From: an uncultured Pseudomonadota bacterium
Lineage (GTDB): Bacteria; Pseudomonadota; Gammaproteobacteria; DASZBR01
Assembly: GCA_963712965.1 (NCBI GenBank)
Contig: CAVQJZ010000007.1
Location: 14,865-78,864 of the forward strand
Direction of reading: 5' to 3'
DNA: 64,000 bases
This document shows, one piece after another, positions 1-9,169 of this stretch. A model generated the notes under the pieces. It worked only from the letters and a program-made list of their open reading frames with translations, was not told where the DNA came from and searched no databases. Every line of letters starts with the position of its first letter. Position 1 is the first letter of the stretch. Made by a program: the position numbers and the translations under genes.

Positions 1-550
1 CTACTTCGGGAGTTCTGGCATCAATCATCGGTGTTGTCATTATTTCTGTTGTTAATGCACATTGGTATTTCTCAGGAATCAAAGCATCAGGGAAATTGAT
101 CTTATCCAAACGTTGTTGATTCAGCGAAGCCGTATTTATAATTTCAATGCTGCGAACACCATCAACATCAAACTTTTGCAAAATTTCTACCAGCCTTATA
201 TTGATCCCCTTATGAGGAAAAGGAAGATGTAACAGTTCAGAAATCTCTCGATGTACCCAATTGTTTTTATCCGTTTTAACACGCACGGCACGCTTAAAAA
301 AATCGTGATCATCCAAAAACACTAGAAACAGCGGAAGCAAACCCATCGATAATTGCTGAGTAGAAAGTCCTTTTACTCTTCCTGCCTCCAAAAGCCCATT
401 TATTACTGATTGTCCACCATTTAATTCATTGACTAGAACCTGGACACATCCCGCAAAATGAACAGCAGCGGACAACTGATGAATCCCTTCCGCATCTATT
501 TTTCCTTCAATTTCGTTTCCATTGATGTCTTTAATAATCGCTCTATACAT
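1..550 (-). CDS. Orphan protein with a U-box-like motif (putative E3 ubiquitin ligase effector); 3' end runs off the window
   Basis: Hand translation from ATG at 550 stays open to position 1 (MYRAIIKDINGNEIEG...INFPDALIPEKYQCALTTEIMTTPMIDARTPEV). IPEKYQCALTTEIMTTPMI fits the U-box start (IPxxFxCPITxEIMxDPV). Not in the ORF track because there is no stop in the window. Confidence 0.75.
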   Translation of the reverse strand, partial: MYRAIIKDINGNEIEGKIDAEGIHQLSAAVHFAGCVQVLVNELNGGQSVINGLLEAGRVKGLSTQQLSMGLLPLFLVFLDDHDFFKRAVRVKTDKNNWVHREISELLHLPFPHKGINIRLVEILQKFDVDGVRSIEIINTASLNQQRLDKINFPDALIPEKYQCALTTEIMTTPMIDARTPEV

Positions 551-603
551 AAAAAACCATACCCCTTAAAAACCAACCATTCTCTGTGAAACACTATCAG
601 GCA

Positions 604-623
604 ATTATTAAGGGAATATTAAG
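604..623 (-). promoter_or_regulatory. PmrA-type tandem box upstream of the U-box gene
   Basis: Minus strand reads CTTAATATT-CC-CTTAATAAT, then 7 nt, then TAGTGT (-10-like); matches the cTTAATatT-N2-cTTAATatT consensus. Confidence 0.75.
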
Positions 624-751
624 AAATGGTCTGCCCCGGGGTTAAAGGACACCAAATTTGATAAGGTTGAAAGATCAGATGAGGCATTAAATGACGAAGA
701 GATACAAGTAAGAATTTAGGCATTAAAATACCACCGGGTATCTGCATAACT

Positions 752-877
752 CTAATGCCTGGCTTGCTCGAGTTCTTGTAACAGCATTGCGTTGAACATT
801 TTTTGTGTTTTTTTGGCCGCCAACTTCCGTGCTCGTGACGATAGCTTCTTTTTTAGGTTGCTAAAAGGTTTACTCAT
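752..877 (-). pseudogene. Truncated XRE/HTH antitoxin-like remnant (41 aa)
   Basis: AGGAG RBS, then MSKPFSNLKKKLSSRARKLAAKKTQKMFNAMLLQELEQARH-stop. Resembles the N-terminus of XRE antitoxins (..M.LQELRQAR.LTQ..) and stops where the HTH would begin. Confidence 0.55.
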
Positions 878-901
878 GATTTGCCTGTCTCCTAATTTAG
901 A

Positions 902-1165
902 TTATATTATTGGCCATGAAACTTCGCTGCGCAATCCTTGATGATTATCAACATGTCGCTTTATCCATGGCCGATTGGCAAACGATCGCGCACGATCAAG
1001 AAAATTACCGCATTTATTTTCGCGAAGCGTTGGAAGATATTCAGGCGTTTTTGGCAGGGAATCCGGTGAGAAAGCTTTCGTAAAAACATAAGCGAGACCC
1101 ACACTACCTGTCATGATCCGGGGGTTACCAGGCCAAGAAACGGCACAAACATCGCATTTTATCAT
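902..1165 (-). CDS. Small hypothetical protein (may be spurious)
   Basis: 87 aa ORF with ATG and a GAAGAG purine run upstream, N-terminal CxxC; no recognisable family. Confidence 0.3.
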   Translation of the reverse strand: MIKCDVCAVSWPGNPRIMTGSVGLAYVFTKAFSPDSLPKTPEYLPTLRENKCGNFLDRARSFANRPWIKRHVDNHQGLRSEVSWPII

Positions 1166-1169
1166 AAAA

Positions 1170-1202
1170 ATTAATCTCTTCTTAATGTTCCCAGGATATA
1201 CT
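1170..1202 (+). promoter_or_regulatory. PmrA-type tandem box plus -10 element upstream of the 525 aa orphan
   Basis: ATTAATCTC-TT-CTTAATGTT (1170-1189), 7 nt, TATACT (1197-1202). Confidence 0.7.
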
Positions 1203-1237
1203 AGACCCAGTTTATTGGTGTTAATGGGGTATTACTT

Positions 1238-2815
1238 ATGGCCAACGAGAAAGAACAAACTTATAAAATTACGGAATCTAATCCGAAAAAGCTCGTTGCC
1301 GCGTTCAAAAAATCTGTTGGCAGAGCGGATATTTCTGTAAAGGATTTGGCCGATTATATAGTAAAAACTCAAAAAGAATTATTGCTCGAAACACCCATGG
1401 CAAAATACACATTTTTTGAAGAGCTCGCTGCACAATTTAAATTAACACCCGCGCAACACAATGCATTAATGTCTCTGATGATCGAAAAAGAGCAAGAAAT
1501 CAATGGCACCATTCCTTTAGTCGCTTTCACTACTGGCTCACTTTGCCAATACTATTGCTTATACGTGTTTATCAATAACCGTGATATGTTTAATGAGCAC
1601 AAAAATGCTATTCTCAAAGCTGCAAATTGCAATGAAAAAGACTTTACCAGCACCATAGTTCCCGCTTTTGAAGCTTCAAAAACTATTTTTTTGTCAGAGA
1701 AAGATAAAGCAGCACTGCTTGCAAAATTATCTTGGTGGGATAGATTTTTACTGCGCTACATTGGACAACGAAACGATCATGAGCTCGCACTCCTGCTAAA
1801 AGATCCAATAACATTAAAAAAGCGGTTCAGATTTCTTGGGCTAAAAAAATTTATACGTCCGAAAAAGAAAGCAAAAAAAAACCAACTGAAAACTTGGCTT
1901 AATGCAGTTAAAAAAATCTTCTCCCACTTTGACCCGAAAAAACTCCTGCTTTCGAAAAAGAAGGTAGAAACAGCTGACAAAAGGCTTGGTTTATTGCTAG
2001 CTTATAATGAGTGCTCGATATGCTATAGGATGAATCGTTTGGAGCTACTTGAAAAAACATTAAAGAAATACAATATTACTCCGATTGAGGCACCCACCGA
2101 AGAAAAGGGCATTGATCAAGAAATTTTAGCGCTCCAAGAAAAATATGAGTACAAATATAATAAGCTTGGTTTCTGGGATGTAATCACCATTAATGCTGCA
2201 TTTAATAAAAATCCAGAGTTAGAGCGTCACTTGCTAGCCGAAATTTTTGAACTTCGCAAACTTCTCTTATCAGAGAAAGAAAAGCCTGTTCGTGCGAAAA
2301 AAACTCCAGAGAACATAAATGAAATAAATAGCCAATGGACTGAGCTTTATAAAAACGAAGAACAAAAAGACCTCATTAATGAAAAGACAAGATCAATTTC
2401 AATCATCTCTCAACCTATCGAAAAAGATTCCTTTACAAAAACCCACAAAACGTTGGAAAAAGAATTTTTGGCGTTGTTCGAACAACCACAAATTATCGAA
2501 CAAGATTGGAAAAAAGCAACTGACTTGGCTCAGGAGACCTACTCTCTTTATAAAGGGCTCTTCAAACCATCTTCTTCCAAAGAAAAAGCCTTCGCTTCAA
2601 AAAGAGAAGCTGCCACTTTTTCGTTGTTAAACACAATCGTTACGAAGATAGAAGAAAACTCTAGTTCAGATATTCCAAAAAAAGAATATCAGATTACAAG
2701 CATCGCCGACGGAGATCGAAACTCCACACGCCTAACTGAAGAACAAAAAGCCAAGCTTACCGCGGAAACTATCAAAAAACGTCTTCCTCACACCCCACGC
2801 ATGCGCACTATTTAA
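1238..2815 (+). CDS. Hypothetical Lys/Glu-rich helical protein, candidate Dot/Icm effector
   Basis: 525 aa ORF, no recognisable family, basic cluster RPKKKAKK, PmrA-type box upstream. Confidence 0.75.
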   Translation: MANEKEQTYKITESNPKKLVAAFKKSVGRADISVKDLADYIVKTQKELLLETPMAKYTFFEELAAQFKLTPAQHNALMSLMIEKEQEINGTIPLVAFTTGSLCQYYCLYVFINNRDMFNEHKNAILKAANCNEKDFTSTIVPAFEASKTIFLSEKDKAALLAKLSWWDRFLLRYIGQRNDHELALLLKDPITLKKRFRFLGLKKFIRPKKKAKKNQLKTWLNAVKKIFSHFDPKKLLLSKKKVETADKRLGLLLAYNECSICYRMNRLELLEKTLKKYNITPIEAPTEEKGIDQEILALQEKYEYKYNKLGFWDVITINAAFNKNPELERHLLAEIFELRKLLLSEKEKPVRAKKTPENINEINSQWTELYKNEEQKDLINEKTRSISIISQPIEKDSFTKTHKTLEKEFLALFEQPQIIEQDWKKATDLAQETYSLYKGLFKPSSSKEKAFASKREAATFSLLNTIVTKIEENSSSDIPKKEYQITSIADGDRNSTRLTEEQKAKLTAETIKKRLPHTPRMRTI

Positions 2816-2850
2816 AAGACAGTCGATGAAATTTTGAAATTTAATCAGAA

Positions 2851-2927
2851 TGGTGCGCCCGGAGAGACTCGAACTCCCGACACCCTGGTTCGAAGCCAGG
2901 TACTCTATCCAACTGAGCTACGGGCGC
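2851..2927 (-). tRNA. tRNA-Arg(UCG)
   Basis: GCGCCCGTAGCTCAGTTGGATAGAGTACCTGGCTTCGAACCAGGGTGTCGGGAGTTCGAGTCTCTCCGGGCGCACCA; anticodon arm CCTGG-CT-TCG-AA-CCAGG, encoded CCA. Confidence 0.93.
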
Positions 2928-2958
2928 AAAGAACGAATGATAACAAAATCGTAGCTAA

Positions 2959-2982
2959 GCGCACACAAGAGTGTGCCTCTAC
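2959..2982. repeat. Degenerate GTAG-type REP-like palindrome
   Basis: Minus strand GTAGAGGCACAC-TCTT-GTGTGCGC; related to copies at 14740, 28584, 31379 and 35085. Confidence 0.5.
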
Positions 2983-3121
2983 ATTAAAAAATTACACTAA
3001 CGACAACTTCATTCCTTCATGGCTTGCTGTAAACCCAAGCCGTTCGTAAAAACGATGCGCACGATGGCGTTTTTTAGTTGTGATATCATAGACTTACTCC
3101 AATTACCTATAGATTAACACC

Positions 3122-3805
3122 ATGCGCTCACAAAAAAACTTTCGAGTCATTTTAATTATTGGTTTGATATTAACTTTTAATGCGGGGCTTATTAATTCCA
3201 TCGCACTGATGAGTTTTTATCATCAAGCCGTCAGCTACATGACGGGCAATCTAGTTTATCTGACGTTAAATCTAGACTCTGGCAGTTATCATGTGGCAAT
3301 AGCCACATTTGTTTTAATTTTGTTTTTTTTAATTGGCGCTATTATTGATGGCGTCATATTGAACCATCAACCATTTCTATTAAACAAAAATTATTTTTTT
3401 GTTTTAGTGATTCAATCTGTATTACTTGCCTTGGCAATTTTGTTTTTTAGTAATTCTGATTCAGAACTAGCGTATTTCGGTATTTGTCTAGCGTCGACAG
3501 TTTGTGGCATGCAAAATTCCATGACCACGGCATACAGTGGTTCGGTAATTCGCACTACACACATGACAGGTGTTTTAACGGATTTGGGCGTTCAAATTGG
3601 CCATTATTTACGCGGGCAAAGACACAACGTGTGGCTCATTCAATTCTTTACCATGACACTCATGACGTTTGTTGCAGGAAGTTTCGCTGGCGTATTTCTT
3701 TATATGCATTATGTCGTGGATGCGCTATGGCTTTCGGTATTAATTACATTTTGTCTTAGCTTGAGCTATTTATTAAAACCAAAAAAATCCGCGAATACTG
3801 CATAA
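3122..3805 (+). CDS. YoaK/DUF1275 family membrane protein
   Basis: Hydrophobic helices with SYMTGN, GMQN and TTHMTG motifs typical of DUF1275. Confidence 0.85.
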   Translation: MRSQKNFRVILIIGLILTFNAGLINSIALMSFYHQAVSYMTGNLVYLTLNLDSGSYHVAIATFVLILFFLIGAIIDGVILNHQPFLLNKNYFFVLVIQSVLLALAILFFSNSDSELAYFGICLASTVCGMQNSMTTAYSGSVIRTTHMTGVLTDLGVQIGHYLRGQRHNVWLIQFFTMTLMTFVAGSFAGVFLYMHYVVDALWLSVLITFCLSLSYLLKPKKSANTA

Positions 3806-3811
3806 AAAAAA

Positions 3812-3888
3812 TGGTGCGCCCGGAGAGATTCGAACTCCCGACCACCAAGTTCGTAGCCTGGTACTCTATCCAGCTGAGCTACGGGCGC
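3812..3888 (-). tRNA. tRNA-Arg(ACG)
   Basis: GCGCCCGTAGCTCAGCTGGATAGAGTACCAGGCTACGAACTTGGTGGTCGGGAGTTCGAATCTCTCCGGGCGCACCA; anticodon ACG. Confidence 0.96.
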
Positions 3889-3913
3889 ATAATGGACTAA
3901 CAACATTTACTAC

Positions 3914-4006
3914 TGGCGGAGAGGGAGGGATTCGAACCCTCGATGGAGCTTTTGACCCCATACTCCCTTAGCAGGGGAGCGCCTTCGACCACTCGGCCAC
4001 CTCTCC
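3914..4006 (-). tRNA. tRNA-Ser(GCU)
   Basis: GGAGAGGTGGCCGAGTGG...CTCCC-CT-GCT-AA-GGGAG, long variable arm, TTCGAATC, CCA end. Confidence 0.96.
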
Positions 4007-4040
4007 GAAGGCCGCGAAGTATAGCATCCTAATTATTAAA

Positions 4041-5138
4041 TTAAAGCTTTAACAAGCTTATAGGATTAAATGGCGCAACACCATTCATTGAGCCACCTAC
4101 AACGGCTGGGGTAGTCCAAGATTTTCCACTGACATCCGTCACGGTTACTTGGTAATCCCCTGCTTTTAACTGCGCCGGCTGAGACGGAACAAGCGATAAC
4201 GTTGCCAAACTTCCCAACGGCAACACTAACGAGTTGGCATTAGGCTTAGCTTGCACAAGATAATAATTATGAATTTGATTTTCTTTCAACGTGCTCAACT
4301 GCTTCACACCATAATCCACCACCATATTACCTTGCGCATTTTTAACCGCCACATCAACAATAAACGCACCGTATGTATCAGCCCCTTGATTGCGATAAAG
4401 CGTTAAGGCGAGATCACCATTTTTTTGCAAATCCGCGTGCAATTTAATATTCATCGACACCGCAGGATTATGGAAAGGTCCCCACACACCACCCACAAAA
4501 TATTGATTGGTGAATAATACAAAACCCAACGTCAGCGCACTGATAACTAATGCATAACGTTTGCCGGTTTTATAATGATGAATAAATGATAATTCGGGAG
4601 AGATAAAAAGCCCCCACCAACGATGCTCAACCAAATAATGAAATTTTCTGAAAATTAACGCATCAACAGAATAAGGCCCACTTCCCGCTAAAAACAAACA
4701 CATCCCGATACCAATACCAAATGTCGCGACCGTCCATTCATCCAAACACGTAGTTCCCATCCATCCAGCAACCAACATTAAATTAATGAAAAGAAAAATT
4801 AATATCAGCCCTAAAAATCGTGTGCCAAATCCTATTAATAACAATACGCCTATGGTTAATTCGACAATAGTAAAAAACCAAAGAAATGTTAATAACGCTT
4901 GCGGATGTGTTACCACATAATTGAGAAACATTTTTGTCCACATAGCATGCGCGAGAAAATGATTTAATTTGATGCCTTCATATAAGGCGGAATGTGGGTT
5001 AAGTGATTCTGGTTTTAACACTAAGCGTCGCCAACCGGCGGCAAATAAAATCCAAGCACATACCCAACGTAGTGGCATTAAAAATAAACCTGCAATGCGT
5101 GGTTTTACCGCGTGCGTATCATCTAACGAAAAAGCCAT
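4041..5138 (-). CDS. doxDA: Fused DoxD-DoxA thiosulfate:quinone oxidoreductase (TQO)-like membrane protein
   Basis: DoxD motifs LRW..W...AGWRR, GWMGTTCLDEW and GSGPYSVD, followed by GGVWGPFHN and a soluble DoxA-like domain (G.DTYGAF, DVSGKSW). Confidence 0.8.
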   Translation of the reverse strand: MAFSLDDTHAVKPRIAGLFLMPLRWVCAWILFAAGWRRLVLKPESLNPHSALYEGIKLNHFLAHAMWTKMFLNYVVTHPQALLTFLWFFTIVELTIGVLLLIGFGTRFLGLILIFLFINLMLVAGWMGTTCLDEWTVATFGIGIGMCLFLAGSGPYSVDALIFRKFHYLVEHRWWGLFISPELSFIHHYKTGKRYALVISALTLGFVLFTNQYFVGGVWGPFHNPAVSMNIKLHADLQKNGDLALTLYRNQGADTYGAFIVDVAVKNAQGNMVVDYGVKQLSTLKENQIHNYYLVQAKPNANSLVLPLGSLATLSLVPSQPAQLKAGDYQVTVTDVSGKSWTTPAVVGGSMNGVAPFNPISLLKL

Positions 5139-5185
5139 GTCATTCTCCTAGCATAAACGAACACTACCCAGTATGATTTGCGCCC

Positions 5186-6724
5186 ATGAGCAAGGCACTT
5201 TTTAAATCCACATCTACCGTTTCTTTAATGACACTTTTTTCGCGCGTCTTAGGTTTTGTGCGCGACATGGTGGCGGCTCAAGTCTTCGGTGTCAATGCTA
5301 GCGTCGATGCTTTTTTAATTGCGTTCAAAATTCCTAACTTTATGCGCAATTTGTTTGCTGAAGGATCTTTTTCGCAAGCGTTTGTCCCGGTGTTATCACA
5401 ATATCGCCAACAAAAATCCCATGATGAAGTACGCGCACTCATCAGCCATGTCACCGGTTGTTTAAGCGTCATACTATTAATAGTAACGATCATCGGCGTA
5501 TTGGCCACACCCGTATTAGTGTTTATTTCAGCGCCAGGATTAGACCCTTACCGTTTTTATCTTGCCTCACACATGCTGCGTATTACATTCCCGTATTTAA
5601 TGATGATTTCCATTGCCGCGTTGGCAGGCTCTATTTTAAATAGTTACGGTGTATTTTCTGTACCCGCACTTGCGCCATCACTATTAAATGTTTGCTTTAT
5701 TATTGCTGCATTATTTTTCAGAAAATATTTTACCGTTCCTATCGAAAGCCAAGCCTGGGCAATTTTTATAGCCGGTATTGTGCAAATTGGTTTTCAATTA
5801 CCCTTTTTAAAACGCGCAGGATTACTGCCGCGCCCTAGAATTAATTGGCAAGACCCCGGCGTGCGACGAATTTTAAAATTAATGATTCCCGCCATGTTTG
5901 GTTCGTCCGTCGTACAAATTGGTTTATTGGTAAACACCATTTTCGCGTCTTTCCTAAAAGTCGGCAGTGTGACATGGTTATATTATTCCGAACGTTTAGC
6001 TTATTTTCCATTAGGTGTTTTTGGTGTAGCACTCGCTACCGTTATATTGCCTCATCTTTCGCGTCAATTTGCCAAACAATCCGACGCAGGATTTCAAAGT
6101 GCATTAGATTGGGGAATTCGTTGTAATGTGATTATTGGCCTACCTGCAACAATTACGATGTGGTTATTAGCAGGACCTATGGTAGCGACATTATTTCAAT
6201 ACGGTCATTTTCATCGTTACGATGTACTCATGACACAAAAAAGTGTGATTGCGTATGCGGTAGGCTTGCAGGCTTTCATGCTCGTCAAAATCTTATCGTC
6301 CGCTTTTTACGCGCGCCAAGATATCAAAACGCCCGTAAAAATTGCTGTGGTCATGGTGTTATTTAATATTATCTTAAATGCTATTTTAATTTTTCCGTTG
6401 GCGCATGCAGGATTAGCATTAGCCACATCATTATCGTCTTGCACTAACGTTGGATTGCTTTTATTTTTATTGTACAAAAAAAATATTTATCGTTTCCAAG
6501 CAGGCTGGGGTTTATTTTCGTTGCGTTTATTAGTTGCCAATGCCGCCATAGGATTTTGGTTAGCGTATCAACAAGGACCATTAGCACAGTGGCTTAATTG
6601 GCATGCGAAAGAACGAGTCGAGCATCTATTTTTCTTAATGATCTCCGCGATTATTTTGTATTTCGTCGTGCTGTGGATTAGCGGATTACGGTTTAAACAT
6701 TTGCGAGCGATAAGCGAAAATTAA
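5186..6724 (+). CDS. murJ: Lipid II flippase MurJ (MviN)
   Basis: SRVLGFVRD, IPNFMRNLFAEGSFSQAFVPVL; 512 aa multi-TM. Confidence 0.97.
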   Translation: MSKALFKSTSTVSLMTLFSRVLGFVRDMVAAQVFGVNASVDAFLIAFKIPNFMRNLFAEGSFSQAFVPVLSQYRQQKSHDEVRALISHVTGCLSVILLIVTIIGVLATPVLVFISAPGLDPYRFYLASHMLRITFPYLMMISIAALAGSILNSYGVFSVPALAPSLLNVCFIIAALFFRKYFTVPIESQAWAIFIAGIVQIGFQLPFLKRAGLLPRPRINWQDPGVRRILKLMIPAMFGSSVVQIGLLVNTIFASFLKVGSVTWLYYSERLAYFPLGVFGVALATVILPHLSRQFAKQSDAGFQSALDWGIRCNVIIGLPATITMWLLAGPMVATLFQYGHFHRYDVLMTQKSVIAYAVGLQAFMLVKILSSAFYARQDIKTPVKIAVVMVLFNIILNAILIFPLAHAGLALATSLSSCTNVGLLLFLLYKKNIYRFQAGWGLFSLRLLVANAAIGFWLAYQQGPLAQWLNWHAKERVEHLFFLMISAIILYFVVLWISGLRFKHLRAISEN

Positions 6725-7281
6725 ATTTTCTTCAACACTCGATACGCGGCGAGCAAATAAATTACCATGGACCATAACGTTAAAAACGCGGCTACCCATA
6801 ATAAAATTAGCGAAGCAATAACACTCAAGTAACCTAATGATCCCGGCAATTCAGCCAGCAATCCTGTTACTGCCATCATTTGCACAGTAGTTTTAACTTT
6901 GCCCAGAAAAGAGACGGCTATTGTTGTTTGCTTACCAATTTCTGCCATCCATTCACGCAATGCAGAGACTAAAATTTCGCGCCCAATAATAATAGCCGCG
7001 GGAATTGTTAATAAAATTTGAATTTGTTGATAGTTGCCGACAATTAATACTAACGCTACGGCAATAATTAATTTATCCGCGACGGGATCTAAAAAACGCC
7101 CAAAGGCAGAAATTTGTTTTAATTTGCGCGCCAAATAACCATCAAACCAATCCGTAATAGCGGCCAACGCAAAAATAACGGCGCAAACAAAATGCGCCCA
7201 CGGCCAAGGCAAATAATAAATAACAACGAAAATAGGGATAAGCAATACGCGAAATAATGTTAGGCCATTAGGGATGTTCAT
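6721..7281 (-). CDS. pgsA: CDP-diacylglycerol--glycerol-3-phosphate 3-phosphatidyltransferase
   Basis: MNIPNGLTLFR, TDWFDGYLARK...FGRFLDPVADK; downstream of uvrC. Confidence 0.97.
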   Translation of the reverse strand: MNIPNGLTLFRVLLIPIFVVIYYLPWPWAHFVCAVIFALAAITDWFDGYLARKLKQISAFGRFLDPVADKLIIAVALVLIVGNYQQIQILLTIPAAIIIGREILVSALREWMAEIGKQTTIAVSFLGKVKTTVQMMAVTGLLAELPGSLGYLSVIASLILLWVAAFLTLWSMVIYLLAAYRVLKKI

Positions 7282-7333
7282 AATAACGTCTCAAAATTAA
7301 TAATTTACGGCGACAATGTACCACTTATTTAAA

Positions 7334-9169
7334 TCAATGCAATGCGCGATAAATCTGTTCGGCAAGTGCGGCGCTAATGCCAGGCGCTTTAGCAATTTCT
7401 TGGCAGCTTGCACGCTGCAATTCTTGTAACCCGCCAAAATGGCGCAACAATGCTAACCGGCGTTTGGCGCCAATACCGGTAATATTTTCCAAGACGGATT
7501 GATGCCGTGTTTTGGCACGCTTTTTACGATGCTGTGTGATGGCAAAACGATGCGCTTCATCACGAATATATTGGATCAAATGCAACAGCGGATCATCAGA
7601 AGGCAAATGGTGCGCCTGTGCTTTATCAGTAAACCAAAATTGTTCGAAGCCTGGTTTGCGTGCTGCTCCTTTTGCGATGCCAATTAATACGACGTGTTTA
7701 ATATTCAATTCAGCAAATACTTTTTTCGCTTGTGTGAGCTGCCCTTTTCCACCGTCAATCAACACCAATTCTGGAAATAATTTTTGCTCTTGTTGCATCA
7801 CTGAATAACGCCGATAAAGTGCATTATATAATGCGGCATAATCATCGCCTGGCGTAATATCTTCCACATTAAATTGACGATACGCTTTTTTCTCCGGGCC
7901 TAATGCTGAAAAAACGACACAAGAAGCAACCGCACTTTCACCACCGCTGTGACTGACATCAAAACATTCCACGCGCGTTAATTTTTTCACACCACTCCAG
8001 ATTTGTAAGGCACGCCATTTTTCTTGAAAACGTAATTGTTCGACATAGCGCGCTTTTAATGCCAGTTCTGCATTTTGTTTGGCCATACTGATCCATTTTA
8101 ATTTATCGCCACGCGTGGGAACCACTAATTTCACAGGCTTTTCGCGCCATTCGCTCAACGCACTTTCTAGCCATGCTTTTTCTGGCAGTGGTTGATCAAT
8201 TAAAATTTCAGCGGGAATCTCCGCGTTTAAATAATATTGTGGAATAAACGCATTTAAAATTTCACTCGCTTGGCTTAAGGCAACCACCTGCGGAAAATAA
8301 GTGCGCGAACTCATCAATTGCCCTTCACGAATGGTTAAGCATTGCACAGCAGCAAGCACGGCGGAATGATAAAGCGCAAACACATCCAACGAATTTTTGC
8401 CTTTATCCATAATTTGCGGCATTTGAATTTGACGTAAATTGGCAATTTGATCACGGTATTTGGCAGCTAATTCATATTGTTTTTGTTGCGAGGCTTGTGT
8501 CATTTGTTCTTGCAACATGGTTATTATCTGTACATTTTTGCCTTGCAATAAAGCCAACGCATTGTCCACATCAACCTGATAATTTTCTTTGTTAATATAA
8601 TTTACGCAAGGCGCGGTACATTTATGTAATTGATACAACATACAGGGGCGCGATCGATGCGCAAAAAAACTATCGCGACAAGTGCGTATTTTAAAAATAC
8701 GCTGCATAAGCTTGATCGTTTGGCGCACCGCTTGCGTACTCGGATACGGCCCAAAATAATGATAGTGCTCGCGATCTTTCTGGCTAATTTTATTAGCACG
8801 CAAAGAACTGATGCGCGGATAAGGATGTTTGGAAATCACAATATATAAAAACGATTTATCATCACGTAATAAAATATTGTATTTTGGCTGTAGTTTTTTA
8901 ATCCATTGATTTTCAAGAATGAATGCTTCGTTTTCAGTGGCCGTGGCAGTAACTTCAATACGTTCAATTTGTGCAACTAATTGCGCAATGCGCTGACTGT
9001 GCGTATTTTTTTGAAAATAGCTTTTGACGCGCTTTTGTAATTGTCGCGCTTTACCGACATATAAGATTTTCCCGCGTGCATCAAAGAATTGATACACGCC
9101 TGGCAACGTAGGAAGGGAGTCAAAAAAATGTTTATTCTTTTTTATCGTTATCAAGATCAACCAATCCAT
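7334..9169 (-). CDS. uvrC: Excinuclease ABC subunit C (start codon uncertain, overlaps gacA end)
   Basis: PGVY..YVGKA GIY-YIG domain, ECFDVSH, DGGKGQ, RDEAHRFAI, C-terminal HhH. Confidence 0.96.
   Translation of the reverse strand: MDWLILITIKKNKHFFDSLPTLPGVYQFFDARGKILYVGKARQLQKRVKSYFQKNTHSQRIAQLVAQIERIEVTATATENEAFILENQWIKKLQPKYNILLRDDKSFLYIVISKHPYPRISSLRANKISQKDREHYHYFGPYPSTQAVRQTIKLMQRIFKIRTCRDSFFAHRSRPCMLYQLHKCTAPCVNYINKENYQVDVDNALALLQGKNVQIITMLQEQMTQASQQKQYELAAKYRDQIANLRQIQMPQIMDKGKNSLDVFALYHSAVLAAVQCLTIREGQLMSSRTYFPQVVALSQASEILNAFIPQYYLNAEIPAEILIDQPLPEKAWLESALSEWREKPVKLVVPTRGDKLKWISMAKQNAELALKARYVEQLRFQEKWRALQIWSGVKKLTRVECFDVSHSGGESAVASCVVFSALGPEKKAYRQFNVEDITPGDDYAALYNALYRRYSVMQQEQKLFPELVLIDGGKGQLTQAKKVFAELNIKHVVLIGIAKGAARKPGFEQFWFTDKAQAHHLPSDDPLLHLIQYIRDEAHRFAITQHRKKRAKTRHQSVLENITGIGAKRRLALLRHFGGLQELQRASCQEIAKAPGISAALAEQIYRALH

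Noticed and set aside
2834-3049. 71 aa plus-strand ORF
   Set aside because: Antisense read-through of tRNA-Arg(UCG); no protein features
1-4006. Prophage or integrative element at the tRNA cluster
   Set aside because: No integrase, att duplication or phage gene visible; the second Arg tRNA is full length, not a 3' att fragment
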